A stretch of DNA of 64,000 nt from Squalus acanthias. Lineage: Eukaryota. Each line of letters starts with the position of its first letter. Position 1 is the first letter of the stretch. Position numbers and translations under genes: made by a program. Below the pieces are notes generated by a model. That model did not search any database. It saw nothing but the letters and a program-made list of their open reading frames with translations, and had not been told where the DNA came from. The DNA lies in the NCBI GenBank assembly GCA_030390025.1, contig CM059432.1, forward strand, positions 113,152,001-113,216,000, given 5' to 3'. This document shows positions 47,742-60,758 of the stretch, piece by piece.

Positions 47742-49407
47742 TGAGGAGTTTTAACATACCTCTGAATCTCTTGAAGGTGAGGTGCACACAGCACATGACC
47801 AAAATATGTTTTTCATGATGTGCACTGCCAACCTTTATTATAAGATCAATGTGCGTGAAATAAAAATTCTATGGCCCAGAAATTGGGCTACTTATCACCA
47901 CAAGTTACTGCTGCAATCCTGGCGAAAATTTGCGGCCGCCACTGTAACACCCTTCTCTGGCGCGGGACTCAACAGCCGCCATTTTGGTGAGGGCCATAGC
48001 GCTGGTGATAGCAGAGCTGGCCCTGGAGATGCAAATGAGAGAGCGTAACATCAGTTGGCATGCAATGCTGACTTAACGTCAGGCTCTGCGGACTTCGCCC
48101 TTAGCGCTGAGTTAAGCGCTGCGTTTTAAGCTCGCTTTGAAAAGTGAGCGTGCAGCAGACTGACAGAGACACTGTCAGCACTTCTTGAAGGGATACGCAC
48201 ATCTTTCAGGTAAGTTTGCATTTAAACTTTTGGACTGGATTTTTTATATTTTATTGAAGTAGTGGCTTGGTACAACGTTTTTAAAGTGTGCAGGGAGTGC
48301 CGGAAGTGCTGTTGGATGCTTGCAAGGCCTCTGATGGTAAAGGAAGGCCTCTGAGAAGACAGAAAATGCTGAAAATACTCAACAGATCAGGCAGTATTTC
48401 CAGCATTTTCTGCTTTTATTTCAGATTTACAGCATTCGCTCACAGAGGGAAGAGGAAGATGCAGAAGAGAAGGAAGCCAAAGGAAGGATGCAACCCAGAC
48501 AGCGCCTTTCTGGCCGGGATATCTGGGATGGAATCATCCGCCTGCAGTACCAATGACCACAACCCCAATTCCCCTTTTAACATTTGTTCCACAGCTTACC
48601 TTCCCTCTGCTACTGACCATCACAGCGTCCTCTTGGCCACAATGCTTAAATAAAAGCCACCACAAAGTAAACTTTCCAATTCAACTTTATCCATATATGC
48701 ATCCAATATGACATCAAGAGATGTACTCATCACCCTGTGCATTCCCTTAGTGACTGTCTTGTGTGTGCCTTTGCCTATCCTACTAATGTCACGCAGTGCT
48801 ACCCCAGTGGCTGCAGCATGGATGGTGGAAGGCTGCTGACTTTCATTTTTAATATTTGATCCTGGGATGTGGGTGTCGCTGGCAAGGCCAGCATTTATTG
48901 CCCATCCCTAATTGCCCTTGAGAAGGTGGTGGTGAGCCGCCTTCTTGAACCGCTGCAGTCCACGTGGTGAAGATACTCCCACAGTGCTGTTAGGGAGGGA
49001 GTTCCAGGATATTGACCCAGCAACTATAAAGGAACGGAGATATATTTCCAAGTCAGGATGGTGTGACTTGGAGGGGAACATGGAGGTGATGGTGTTCCCC
49101 TGCGCCTGCTGCCCTTGTCCTTCTAGGTGGGAGAGGTTTGGGAGGTGCTGTCGAAGAAGCCTTGGCGAGTTGCTGCAGTGTATCTTGTAGATGGTACACA
49201 CTGCAGCCACGGTGCACTGGTGGTGGAGGGAGTGAATGTTTCAGGTGGTGGATGGGGTGCCAATCAAGCAGGCTGCTTTGTCCTGGATGGTGTCGAGCTT
49301 CTTGAGTGTTGTTGGAGCTGTACTCATCCAGGCAAGTGGAGAGTATTCCATCACATTCCTGACTTGTGCCTTGCAGATGGTGGAAAGGCTTTTGGGAGTC
49401 AGAAGGT

Positions 49408-50818
49408 GTCCTTGATAGGTATGTCCCTGTCAGGCAGGGAGGAAATGGCCGAGTGAGAGAACCATGGTTCACAAAAGAGGTTGAATGTCTAGTCAAGAGG
49501 AAAAAGGAAGCGTATGTAAGGATGAGAAAACAAGGTTCAGTTGGGTCGATTGAGGGGTACAAGGTAGCAAGGAATGAGCTAAAAAAAGAGATTAGGAGAG
49601 CTAGGAGGGGGCATGAGAAGTCCTTGGTGGGTCGGATCAAGGAAAACCCCAAGGCTTTTTACTCTTATGTGAGAAATAAAAGAATGACCAGGGTGAGGGT
49701 AGGGCCGGTCAAGGACAGTAGTGGGAACTTGTGCATGGAGTCAGAAGAGATAGGAGAGGTGATGAATGAATACTTTTCGTCAGTGTTCACCGAGGAGAGG
49801 GGCCATGTTTTTGAGGATGAGAGTGTGATAAAGGTGGATAGGCTGGAGGAGGTAGATGTTCTGAGGGAAGATGTTTTAGCAATTTTGAAGAACCTGAGGG
49901 TCGATAATCCCCTGGGCCAGATGGGATATATCCTAGGATTCTTTGGGAGGCAAGGGAGGAGATTGCAGAGCCTTTGGCTTTGATCTTTGGGTCCTCACTG
50001 TCCTCGGGGATGGTGCCAGAGGACTGGAGAGTGGCGAATGTTGTTCCTCTCTTCAAGAAAGGAAATAGGAATGACCCTGGTAATTATAGGCCGGTTAGTC
50101 TTACTTCGGTGGTTGGTAAGATAATGGAAAAGGTCCTGAGGTATAGGATTTATGACCATTTGGAAAGATGCAACTTAATCCGGGATAGTCAACACGGATT
50201 CGTGAAGGGTAAGTCTTGCCTAACAAATTTGATTGAATTCTTTGAGGAGGTAACTAAGTGTGTAGATGAAGGTAGAGCAGTTGATGTCGTATACATGGAT
50301 TTTAGTAAGGCGTTTGATAAGGTTCCCCATGGTCGGCTCATGAAGAAAGTAAGGAGTTGTGGGATAGAGGGAAATTTGGCCGATTGGATAAGTAACTGGC
50401 TATCTCATAGAAGGCAGAGGGTGGTGGTGGATGGAAAATTTTCGGACTGGAGACCAGTTACCAGTGGTGTGCCACAGGGGTCGGTGCTGGGTCCTCTGCT
50501 GTTTGTGATTTTTATCAATGACTTGGAGGAGGGGACTGAAGTAAATTTGCTGATGACACCAAGATTGGTGGAGTAGTGGATGAGGTGGAGGGCTGTTGTA
50601 GGCTGCAAAGAGACATTGATAGGATGCAGAGCTGGGCCGAAAAATGGCAGATGGAATTTAACCCTGATAAGTGCGAGGTGATTCATTTTGGTAGGGCAAA
50701 TTTGAATAAGGATTACAGGTTCAACGGCAGGGTTCTGAGGAACGTGGAGGAACAGAGGGATCTGGGGGTTCATATCCACAGATCTCTGAAGGTTGCCACT
50801 CAAGTGGATAGAGCAGTA
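49408..50818 (+). mobile_element. CR1 LINE internal fragment
   Basis: ORFs 49366, 49974 and 50576: [27 protein letters not shown]. Confidence 0.92.
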
Positions 50819-52047
50819 ACTCAGCAGGCCAGGCAGCATCCGTGGAGAGAGAAAGAGAGTTAATGTTTCAGGTCGATGACCTTTCATCAGAACTGGGAAG
50901 AGCCGGAAATCAAATAGATTTAAGGCCAGGGTAAAGCTGGGAAAAGGGGGAGGGGATAAAGGAACAAAGGTGGAGATGAAGAGACATTAAGAGACATTAA
51001 GAGATATGCAAGGCTAGAGGTGGTGTTAATGTGACAGATTAAGGCTGAATGAAGTGTGAAATCCACTGGCAGAATGAAGGACAGCTGCCAGCTTCTAGGA
51101 GGAAAAAAAAGGTGGGGGGGGACAAATAAAAGGGTGGATAAAATAAAATATAAATGTGATTGGAGCTGAGGTTATGATCTAAAATTGTTGAACTCGATAT
51201 TGAGTCCAGAGGGCTGTAGCGTGCCTAAACGAAAGATGAGGCAGCTGTTCCTCGAGCTTACGCTGAGCTTCCGTGGAACAGTGTAATAGGCCGAGGACGG
51301 TGAGGTCAGAGTGGGAGTGAAGCGGTGAATTAAAGTGACAGGCCACCGGGAGCTCGGGGTCCCCCTTACGGACTGAACGGAGGTGTTCCGCAAAGCGGTC
51401 ACCCAATCTGCGTTTGGTCTCCCCAATGTAGAGGAGTCCACATCGTGAGCAGCGAATACAGTATACTAAATTGCAGGAAGTACAAGTAAATCGCTGTTTC
51501 ACCTGGAAGGGGTGTTTGGGGCCCTGGACAGTGGGAAGAGGGGAGGTATAAGGGCATGTGTTGCATCTCCTGCGCGTGCATGGGAAGGTGCCGGGCAAAG
51601 GGGAAGGGGTGCTGGGGGTGGTAGAGGAGTGGACTAGGGTGTCGCGGAGGGAGCGGTCCCTACGGAATGCTGAAAGGGGAGGTGAGGGGAAGATGTGTTT
51701 GGTGGTGGGATCACGCTGGAGGTGGCGGAAATGGCGGAGGATGATCCGTTGAATGTGGAGGCTGGTGGGGTGAAAGGTGAGGACAAGGGGAACCCTATCG
51801 TGGTTCCGGGAGGGAGGGGCAGGGGTGAGGGCAGATGTGCGGGAGATAGAACGGACACGGTCGAGGGCCGTGTCGACCACGGTAGAGGGGAATCCTCGGT
51901 TGAGGAAACAGGAAGACATGTCGGTATGGAAGGTGGCATCATCAGAGCAGATGCGGCGGAGACGGAGAAACTGGGAGAATGGAATAGAGTCCTTACAGGA
52001 GCCGGGGTGGGAGGAAGTGTAGTCCAGGTAGCTGTGGGAGTCGGTGG
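50819..52047 (-). mobile_element. 5'-truncated Penelope-like element (RT C-terminus, GIY-YIG endonuclease, pLTR)
   Basis: TDSHSYLDYTSSHP...SQFLRLRRICS; C..RRCNTC zinc motif; NLVYCIRC..CGLLYIGETKRRLGDRFAEH; frameshift near 51245 before LIFRLGTLQPSGLN. Confidence 0.92.
50858..50894 (-). ncRNA. Minimal type I hammerhead ribozyme motif in the Penelope pLTR
   Basis: Minus strand AGTT-CTGATGA-A-AGGTC-ATC-GACCT-GAAAC-ATT-AACT: stem I AGTT/AACT, stem II AGGTC/GACCT, conserved core boxes. Confidence 0.75.
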
Positions 52048-54769
52048 CTTCTGTTAATGTGGGGACCTCAGGAGTAGGCCGATATGGATCATCCACTCGG
52101 CACTTCTGGCTGAAGATGGTGCAAACGTTTCAGCCTTGTCTTTTGCACTCACGTGCTGGGCTTCACCATCATTGAGGATGGGGATATTCATGGAGCCTCC
52201 TCCTCCCGTTAGTTGTTTAGTGGTCCACCACCATTCACGACTGGATGTGGCAGGACTGCAGAGTTTTGATGTGATCCGTTGGTTGTGGATCGCTTAGCCC
52301 TGTCTATAGCATGCTGCTTCTGTTGTTTAGCATGCATGTAGCCCTGTGTTGCAGCTTCTCCAGGTTGGCACCTCATTTTTAGGTACGCCTGGTGCTGCTC
52401 CTGGCATGCTCTTCTACACTCCTTATTGAACCAGGGTTGATCGCCTGGTTTGATGGTAATGGTAGAGTGAGGGCTATGCCGTGCCATGAGGTTACAGATT
52501 GTGGTGGAATACAATTCTGCTGCTGCTGATGGCCCACAGCGCCTCATGGATGCCCAGTTTTGAGCTGCTAGATCTGTCCTGAATCTATCCCATTTACCAC
52601 GGTGGTAGTGCCACACAACACAATGGAGGGTGTCCTCAGTGTGAAGATGGGACTTCGTCTCCACAAGGACTGTGCGGTGGTCACTCCTACCAATACTGTC
52701 ATGGACAGATGCATCTGCGACAGGTAGATTGGTGAGGACAAGGTCAAGTAGGTTTTTCCCTCGTGTTGGTTCTCCCACCATCTGCTGCAGGCCCTGTCTG
52801 GTAGCTATGTCCTTCAGGACTCGGCCTGCTCGGTCAGTAGTGGTGCTACGGAGCTACTCTTGGTGATGGACATTGAAGTCCCCCACCCAGAGTATATTCT
52901 GTGCCCTTGCTACCCTCAGTGCTTCTTCCAAGTGATGTTCAACATGCTCGAGTACTGATTCATCAGCTGAGGGAGGGCGGTAGGTGATAATCAGCAGGAG
53001 GTTTCCTTGCCCCTGCTTGACCTGAAGCCATGAGACTTCATTGTGTCCAGAGTCAATGTTGAGGACTCCCAGGGCCACTCCCTCCCTCCTGTATACCACT
53101 GTGCCGCCACCTCTGGTGGGTCTGTCCTGCCGGTGGGATAGGACATACCCAGGATGGTGATGGAGGAGTTTGGGACATTGGCTGAAAGGTATGATTCTGT
53201 GAGTATGACTATGTCAGGCTGTTTCTTGACTAGTCTGTGGGTCAGCTCTCCCAATTTTGACACAAGTCCCCAGATGTTAGTGAGGAGGACTTTGCAGGGT
53301 CACCTAGGCTGGGTGTGCCGCTGTCGTGTCTCAAGTCGGTGCCGAGGTCAATGCCAGGTGGTCCGTCCGGTTTTAGTCTTATTATTGTTTTTCGTAGCAG
53401 TTGTGTACAACTGAATGGCTTGCTAGGCCATTTCACAGGGCAGTTAAGAGTCAACCACATTGCTGTGTGGGACACTGCAGATGGCCTTGCAGGATGACCT
53501 CTAGGAGCTGGTGGCTGGGAGTGTGAAATCAAGTGACGATGTTTCTTCTTCTTCACTCTCCTCTCCCTCTTCTTGGTCAACCAGTGGCTGGGCAGGCTGG
53601 AATTCTTGGGTGTGTGAAATGAGGAAGGCACAAGGGTAGGGTTGTGGTGATGGGAGGGTGGGAAAGCAAGAGATACATGCAGGAAGGAAGATAACGTATG
53701 AGGATACCAACATCTTGTATCCTTTCAGCCCTGCCGCTGGCCAAGGGCTCAGCCATGCCCCTACCAAGAGTGGTCAGCACCGTCTCCTCCAAGGGGGTGA
53801 GGTGAAGCTAGGAATGTGAGGTGTGCCTCGTGTTTGGTAGAGATTGTTGTTAGATGAGTGATGGTGGCTCGTAAATTGAGCAGTGTGTGAAGTTAATGGT
53901 GCAGTTGGTAGAAGACGGCTTTTGAGGATACATTCACTGACCTTGACCACTGGTCTGAGGCCATGAAGCTTCTTTAGGCACTGGAGCCAGGTCGTGGGGG
54001 CAACACTGCTGGCAATGACAGCCCCAGTGATCTGGTCCCACATCGTTCTTTCTGGAGGGCCTCCTGGCCCCTGTGGGTAGAGGACCTCTCTTGCAGTGTT
54101 GACCCCCTGCACAAAGCTGGAGTGCTACGTGCGAGACCCTGGGTGTCCCTTCCCTGGCTTGCTGAACCATTTGTGTTAGTGCTGAAGCACTTTTAGCATC
54201 TTTTAGGTGTGGAAGGAAATTCAGCTTTAAGAGCTGAAGACTGTCATTTGGGAATTCTTTTTAATATTACATTTTTTTCAGATGGCAGTTGAGCTGTAAG
54301 GGCTAAAACTGTCTATTTTTACATGGTTTTTATTTTTTTCATTTCAGAAGGCAGTTCCCCTTTAAGGGACGGACTGCTCTCTGAAATGACAGCCTTGTTT
54401 TAAGAGAAGGCTGTTTTTGCTGCAATGACGCTATGGCCACGCTACATTGGGCCTCCTACCGGGACTAACGCCACAAAACCGGCCTTGCACGGTGAGTTTA
54501 GCGCTGGGCTAATGTTAATTAGCAACCAGCGCCAATTTACTGGTCCTGCCAGCGCCATCAATTTTGGCGGCTGTTAACTCCAGCCGGCGAGGTTTTTAGC
54601 GATCTCCAATTTCTAGCCCTGTATTTTTTCCTGAAGCTCATCACCAAGTGATGATGGAAAGAACGAAGAATACATAGCATAAGGTTTACACATAAGCATC
54701 AGGATTGAACTCTGAAACCATTGTTAGGAAATAGCTTTATAGGGGAGGGAATAAGCTGATGGAGACAAT

Positions 54770-55534
54770 GGGCCAGAAATTTGGGTCTCCACGGGTGAGT
54801 ACGTGCTGGGTACTCACCCGTAGGCCCAACGAAAGTGCCGGTTTCGTGCATGCACTGCGCATGCGCTGGAAACCGGAACTTCCGTTCCCCTGAAGGAAGG
54901 GGTTCAGAGGTCGAACGCGTGCACTGGAGAGGCAGCGCGTAGACCTCGAACTTTGTTTTTTTTTCAGGTTTCTCCGTGAGGGTAAGTACGGAGAAGCTGC
55001 GCGGGGAAAAAGGAGGCGCAAGGCCTGCTTTTAACAAGGTAAGTGGTGAATTAAGTACAATTTAAACATTTTTCCCACAGGTTTATCTTTTTTACATACT
55101 TTAAAGAAAGGTAAGTTTATTTTTAGCACCGTTAAAAAGTGTAATTAATTTTTTCAAAAATTTAAATTTTTATTTTAAAGTAGTTAATTTATGTAATTTA
55201 TAGTTATTTTAAAAATGTGATGTTTTTTAAAATATTTATTTGAAGTTTTAGTGAGGTTTTGAGGCCGATCTCTATTCATAGATTTGACAGGTCTTCCTGT
55301 CAAATCTATGAATGAAGATTCCCTGCTCCGATTGGCTCTCCATGGCCCACGTGATCCCAGGGGATACTTCGAACTAGTTGCGCCGCTGGGATACGCGAGC
55401 ACTGCGCTCCGGCAGCTGGAGGAGGCCCAGGAGCCGAATTCCACGCGGGCCCACAGCACAACGGCAGGCGCGGTATCCAAATGCAGGTCGGGGGCTTGCA
55501 CCTGCGGGAAGTCCCCGACCCGAATTTCTGGCCC
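54770..55534. mobile_element. Harbinger-type MITE, copy B
   Basis: TIRs gggccagaaatttgg / ccgaatttctggccc; flanks AAT/AGT; colinear with 28694-29375. Confidence 0.85.
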
Positions 55535-56244
55535 AGTATGAAACATTCAGCATCAACCTGCTAGGGGAGGCAAAGTGAAATTTCCACTCGAAATGTGCAA
55601 TACTTCAACGAAACGTGTTGCACCCTGAAAAGTATGTATCTCAGCTCAGTTAAACACTCAGGCAAACATTCAATTACTGCAAAGTGGTGGGAGGAATCAG
55701 CTTGTCTGCCTGGGTGGTTTGATCATAACCAGGTGACAACCCATGAAGCCTGGAGGAGGTGATTCAGTAAGGGATTAGATATACTGGGGCTCTGACCCAT
55801 TATCAGCTGCACCATTCAGGGAGCAATTAAGAAACCTCTTGGAGAAATGAGAAACAAGAGCTCCCTCCCCACGAAAAAGGAACTTTGTTCGTGTGAGAAT
55901 CAGTGTAAAACCTACCACTGTCTCTCTCATCCTTCCCATCAGAGCTGGAGCTGTGAAATCACAAGCAGCAATGGCAAATAAATAAGAATACATTTGATAG
56001 AAAGCAAGCAATAAGCACACATCTCGAGGAACCAGCTGCTCTGGGCACTGTGATACTGACATCGTAAACATAGCAAGTAGATTTTCTCTGACCACTGGAG
56101 CCAAGTTGTAAATTTATTCTTTTAGAATTCTTCTATAATTTTGGTTATAAAAAAATTAGCATAAGAAATGTTCTGTTATGTTCACAAGATCGCCAACACA
56201 TGGCAACTAGATGAAGCCTCCTTACCCCTCCTCCCCATGAGAAA

Positions 56245-56356
56245 AGAAAAAGACAAAAAGACTTGCATTTCTATAGCACTTTTCACGACCTCAGGATGCC
56301 CCAAAGCGCTTCACAACCAATGAATTACTTTTGAAATGTAGTCACTGTTGTAGGAA
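56245..56356 (-). mobile_element. Deu-type SINE tail fragment
   Basis: aagacttgcatttctatagcacttttcacgacctcagg. Confidence 0.7.
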
Positions 56357-57020
56357 AAGAGGAATGGGGAATGTTGGAGAAATTAAAAATGATACAGTGA
56401 TCCTGTTCTCCCAGTGGGGAGCCCCACTCACAGAGAGCGCAGGTCAGAGAATCGAGGTGACAAGACCGTGGCCCTGTTTCTGATCTGTGCTGCCGGTGAG
56501 CACAGCTTCCCTGCTGAGAGTGTGAAGTCAGCCCTTGTGTGTACTTACTGTGAGTATTAGCAGAGCATTCTGCATTGCCAAATGATTCTTGATATGACAA
56601 CAGTCATAGTGCTCATTCATTACTACTAGAATAACTTAAAACAAAGTCAGACCAATTTGATCCTAAATGGATTCTGGGGGAGTACTAATAATAGCTACCT
56701 TAATGCTTTGGCCTCACAAGAAGCTTTTTTTTTCCAGTAAGAAGTCATCTACACCAGTGGGAAGCTTTAAGCAGGGAAAGGGTTACCGAGCTGAGGGGAT
56801 CATGTATGGAATGTAATCCCTGTAAGGGACTGGCTTTATGGTGCAAGATGATAAACTTTGATTTAAAAGCTGCAATGCCCATGAAGCCATTCGTTTAAGT
56901 TAAGGATTAAAAGACTTAACTTACCAAAAATCGTGTGTCTGTCATGATCCGTTTTAAAAAGTTTTTAATAACATACTCCCCACCTTTTTTTTGAAGAAAA
57001 AGTTTTTTTTCTTTTTCAAT

Positions 57021-57342
57021 CCCTGATGCCATTCACCGCTCCGGAGATAAGGAGGCAGGGAGCAGCCTGCTTCCAGCAGACTGTAGATGCGGCTCTACAA
57101 CTCCCAGTGTCAGCTCAGCTCAGTTACTAGCACTCCCCCCCCCCACCTTGGGTCAGGAAGCTGTGGTTTCAAGCCCCATACTCCGCGGGACTTGAGCACA
57201 TAATCTAGGCTGACACTCCAGTGAGGTACTGAGGGAATACGACATCGTCAAAGATGCCACCCTGTGGAAAGGACATTAAACTGAGGCCCATCTGCCTATC
57301 TAAATTAACACTAAAGATCTCATTGCTCTATTCAAAAATAGT
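57021..57342 (+). mobile_element. Leader plus 3'-truncated Deu-type SINE unit, copy 2
   Basis: Colinear with 46171-46584. Confidence 0.7.
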
Positions 57343-57375
57343 AGGAAGTTGAGCTGGGAGTTCTGTGTTCCTCAC

Positions 57376-58462
57376 ATAGAATCATAGAAGAATAGAATCA
57401 TACAGCACAGAAGGGGGCCATTCGGCCCATCATGCCTGTGCTGGCTCTTTGAAAGAGCGATCCAATTAGTCCCATTCCCCTGCACTTTCCCCATAGCCGT
57501 GCAAATTTTTCCCCTTCAAGTATTTATCCAATTCCCTTTTGAAAGTTATTATTGAATCTGCTTCCACCACCCTTTCAGGCAGTGCGTTCCAGATCATAAC
57601 AACTCGCTGCATTAATTATTTTTCCTCTGGTTCTTTTGCCAATTACCTTAAATCTGTGTCCTCTGGTTATTGACCCTCCAGCCAGTGGAAACAGTTTCTC
57701 CTTATTTACTCTATCAAAACCCTTCATGATTTTGAACATATCTATCAAATCTCCCCTTAGTCAGAAGGTTGTGGGTTCAAGTCCCACTCCAGGGACTTGA
57801 GCACATAAAGCTAGGCTGACACTCCAGTGCAGTGCTGAGGGAGTGCTGCACTGTTGGAAGTGCCGTCTTTCGGATGAGACGTTAAGCCGAGGCCCCGTCT
57901 GCTCTCCTTGGTGGATGTAAAGATCCCATGCCACTATTTCGAAGAAGAGCAGGGGAGTTACCCCAGTGTCCTGGCCAATAGTTATCCCTCAACCAACATA
58001 AACAAAAACAGATAATCTGGTCATTATCATATTGCGGTTTGTGGGACCTTGCTGTGCGCAAATTGGCTGCCGCGTTTCCCACATTACAACAGTGACTCCA
58101 CTTCATAAATACTTCATTGGCTGTAAAGCGCTTTGAGACGTCCAGTGGTCGTGAAAGGCACTATATAAATGCAAGTCTTTCTTTCTTTCTTAACCTTCTC
58201 GGCTCTAAGGAGAACAAACCCAGCCATTCTGTTCTCTCCTCATAACTACTATTACTTCATATGGCTGATGTAGAGGTAGAGCAACAACTATAATTTTACA
58301 TTCCACATAACTGAAATGCCACAACCCTGGTACCATTCTAGTAAATCTCCTCTGCACCCTCTCCAAGGCTTTGCCATCTTCCCTAAAGTGAGGTGCCCGG
58401 AATTGGCCACAATACTCCAGCTGGGGCCGAACCAATGTTTTATAAAGGTTTAGTATAACTTC
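57376..58462 (-). mobile_element. CR1 3' fragment split by a SINE
   Basis: (catagaat)n tail; ORF 58205 VRPQLEYCGQFRAPHF. Confidence 0.85.
57759..58191 (+). mobile_element. Deu-domain SINE, 5' end slightly truncated
   Basis: agtcagaaggttgtgggttcaagtccc ... tataaatgcaagtctttctttctttc; reverse-complement match to 9651-10080. Confidence 0.85.
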
Positions 58463-60177
58463 GTAACTACCATCAATGTAATGACATTAACGTTGTCATT
58501 CAAGCTGCTCGTACAAAATGGCTTCTTTGTTTGTTTTCATAACAAACATTCCTACACTCCAAAAATAACTCAATATGTGAAACACTTTGAGATGTTTTGA
58601 TGATGCGATAATGTGCTTTATACATGGAAATGTTTCTTTCTTTCACACTCCGATTGTTCCTGCCTCTCTGTGGAAGCAGCTCTTCTGTGCTTGGCATTGA
58701 CCTGACTGAGACTACTCCTTACACTGTGTAGAGTAATAAGTGTGAACCTGTGTTCTGCAACTTGATGGCATGATCCAATGTCTGAGCAATATATTATGCT
58801 GAATATATCAAGGCCATTTTACACTGGGAGGGCCATCTGTGACATTACAATTTCTTACATCAGCCGTTATTCAATCTATCTGGCTCAAATTTATAGCAAA
58901 TCAGGGGCAGGCTTGTTCTTTGGCAGCGGGTTGAGTTGCCCACATTCATTTCACTTAAGACCTTAAAACCCAGCAGGCAGAAGACTCCTTATTCCCATCA
59001 GTCTAACCTGAATTTTTAAGTGGATCCCAGAGGTTAAAGGACAGTGTGCCACCTTGTTCCCAGTTCTATTTTTAAAGTTAGCGCATGCAATTGTGTGATC
59101 TCTGAAATTCATTAGGTTTACAAATTGTGTTGGTCTGACGATAGCAACCCTTGATCCTATGATTGAGCTCCCACAGTAGGATCACTGTAGGTGTAAATTT
59201 CAAAACCTGCACACAAACGCTCACCCAACATCTTAAAAATAGATCTTTCTGCTGCCAAGATATTTGCTAAGAACATCTTTTAATTCTCAACTGGAAAACA
59301 AATTCAATCCATTCAGTCATGATTGAAGATGCATCGATTAGATTTAGATACATTGATAAGCCATGCTGTACCTGCCTGCATTGGAATGACAGGTTTCAAA
59401 TAGAAAATGTGGACTGATTCTTGCAGTTTTCAGATTCTCACACAGTTCTTCCGATTAATAAATGTGAGTGACAAGTTAAAAGTGATCCCATTGCTAGTTA
59501 TATACCATAAGTTGATTTTCCTATCTGTAATAACCAGTGTTCGCCAGTCCACAAGGCATTATAGAGCAAAGAGAGGCCAGAGACACATCAGGTCTCCGTA
59601 CCTTTTGCAGGCCAGGGAAGGAGGAGGGCGAGCGGTTGGAGGAAGCTCTCATTTAAAACAGGCAAGAGCTTCATTATCATATGCAAATGAAGCAGGAATG
59701 CCATTGTGACTCCTCTTAATCTACTGTGGTCTCCATACCTGCTCTTCACCACTTCCACAGAACACCTCGAGGGTTGCTACATGCTGGGCAGTACCCGGAG
59801 TAATTTTAAAGAGTAGAAAGTAGATTGATTGAATAGTTTTGAAGGCATTTGTTTTAACTTTTTTCCCCGGTACGTAAATTCTCATGAATCTTTATACCAA
59901 TATTTTTACTTTTTTTTTGCCCCAGCACTAAAACTACCATGAATGGGTTTCCCAGCGGGAATCTACCTTTCTGAGGTGCTTGGAAAAAGGGGATCACCAA
60001 AAGGATACCATACAGGTCAGTCCTACCCACCAGCACCTGCGCACCCAAATTGGCAGACAGAGGTGAACAGACATTGCTTTCGTATGTGATTAGTGCATGC
60101 AGAGGCTCCAACTTTGAAAGTAAATTGTAACAGTAGGTCTGATGGTATAGATATGTATGAAGGTCTGAATAACTGTT

Positions 60178-60758
60178 AAGAACGTAAGAACATAAGAAAT
60201 AGGAGCAGGAGTAGGCTATTTGGCCCTTCGAGCCTGCTCCGTCATTCAATCTGATCTTGGCCTCAACTCCACTTTCCTGCCGGTTCCCCATAACCTTTGA
60301 CTCCCCTGTAGCTCAAATATATGTCTATCTCTGCCTTGAATATATTCAATGACTCCGCCTCCACAGCTCTCTGGGGTAGAGAATTCCAAAGATTCACGAC
60401 CCTCTGAGAGAAGAAATCCCTCCTCATCTCCTTCTTAAATGGGCAACCCCTTATCCTGAAACTATGCCCCCTAGTTCCAGATTCCCCAACGAGGGGAAAC
60501 ATCCTCTCAGCATCTACACTGTCAAGCCCCCTCAGAATCCTATATATTTAAATAAGATCACCTCTCATTCTTCTAAACTCCATTGAGTATAGGCCCAACC
60601 TGGTCAATCTTTCCTCATAAAACAGCCCTTTCATCTCAGGAATCAACCTAGTGAACCTTCACTCAACACCCTCCAATGCAAGTATATCCCTCCTTAAATA
60701 AGAGGACCAAAACTGTAAGCAGTACTCCAGGTATGGTCTCACCAACGCCCTGTACAGT
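60178..60758 (-). mobile_element. CR1 3' fragment
   Basis: ORF 60263 MFPLVGESGTRGHS...WNSLP; (taagaaca)n tail. Confidence 0.9.

Larger units (their letters stand above)
48847..53466 (-). mobile_element. Second CR1-group LINE: endonuclease at 52050-53300, 3' end at 48847-49408, RT core absent
   Basis: QPDIVILTESYL, TYRPPS, VGDFNVHH, PTRGKNLLDLVLTN, SDHRTV; C-terminus WNSLP...FKKAAHHHLLKGN*; tail gggcaattagggatgggcaataaatgctggccttgccagcgac. Confidence 0.85.
47873..54619. mobile_element. Non-autonomous Harbinger derivative hosting nested LINE, CR1 and Penelope
   Basis: TIRs ggcccagaaattgg / ccaatttctagccc; flanks TAT/TGT; Myb remnant on minus (PTTWLQCLKKLHGLRPVVK|gtcagt); paralog of 7509-11074. 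Confidence 0.8.

Noticed and set aside
58500..58800. Possible minus-strand coding exon in unique DNA
   Set aside because: Open frames exist, but there is no convincing donor/acceptor pair or recognisable peptide
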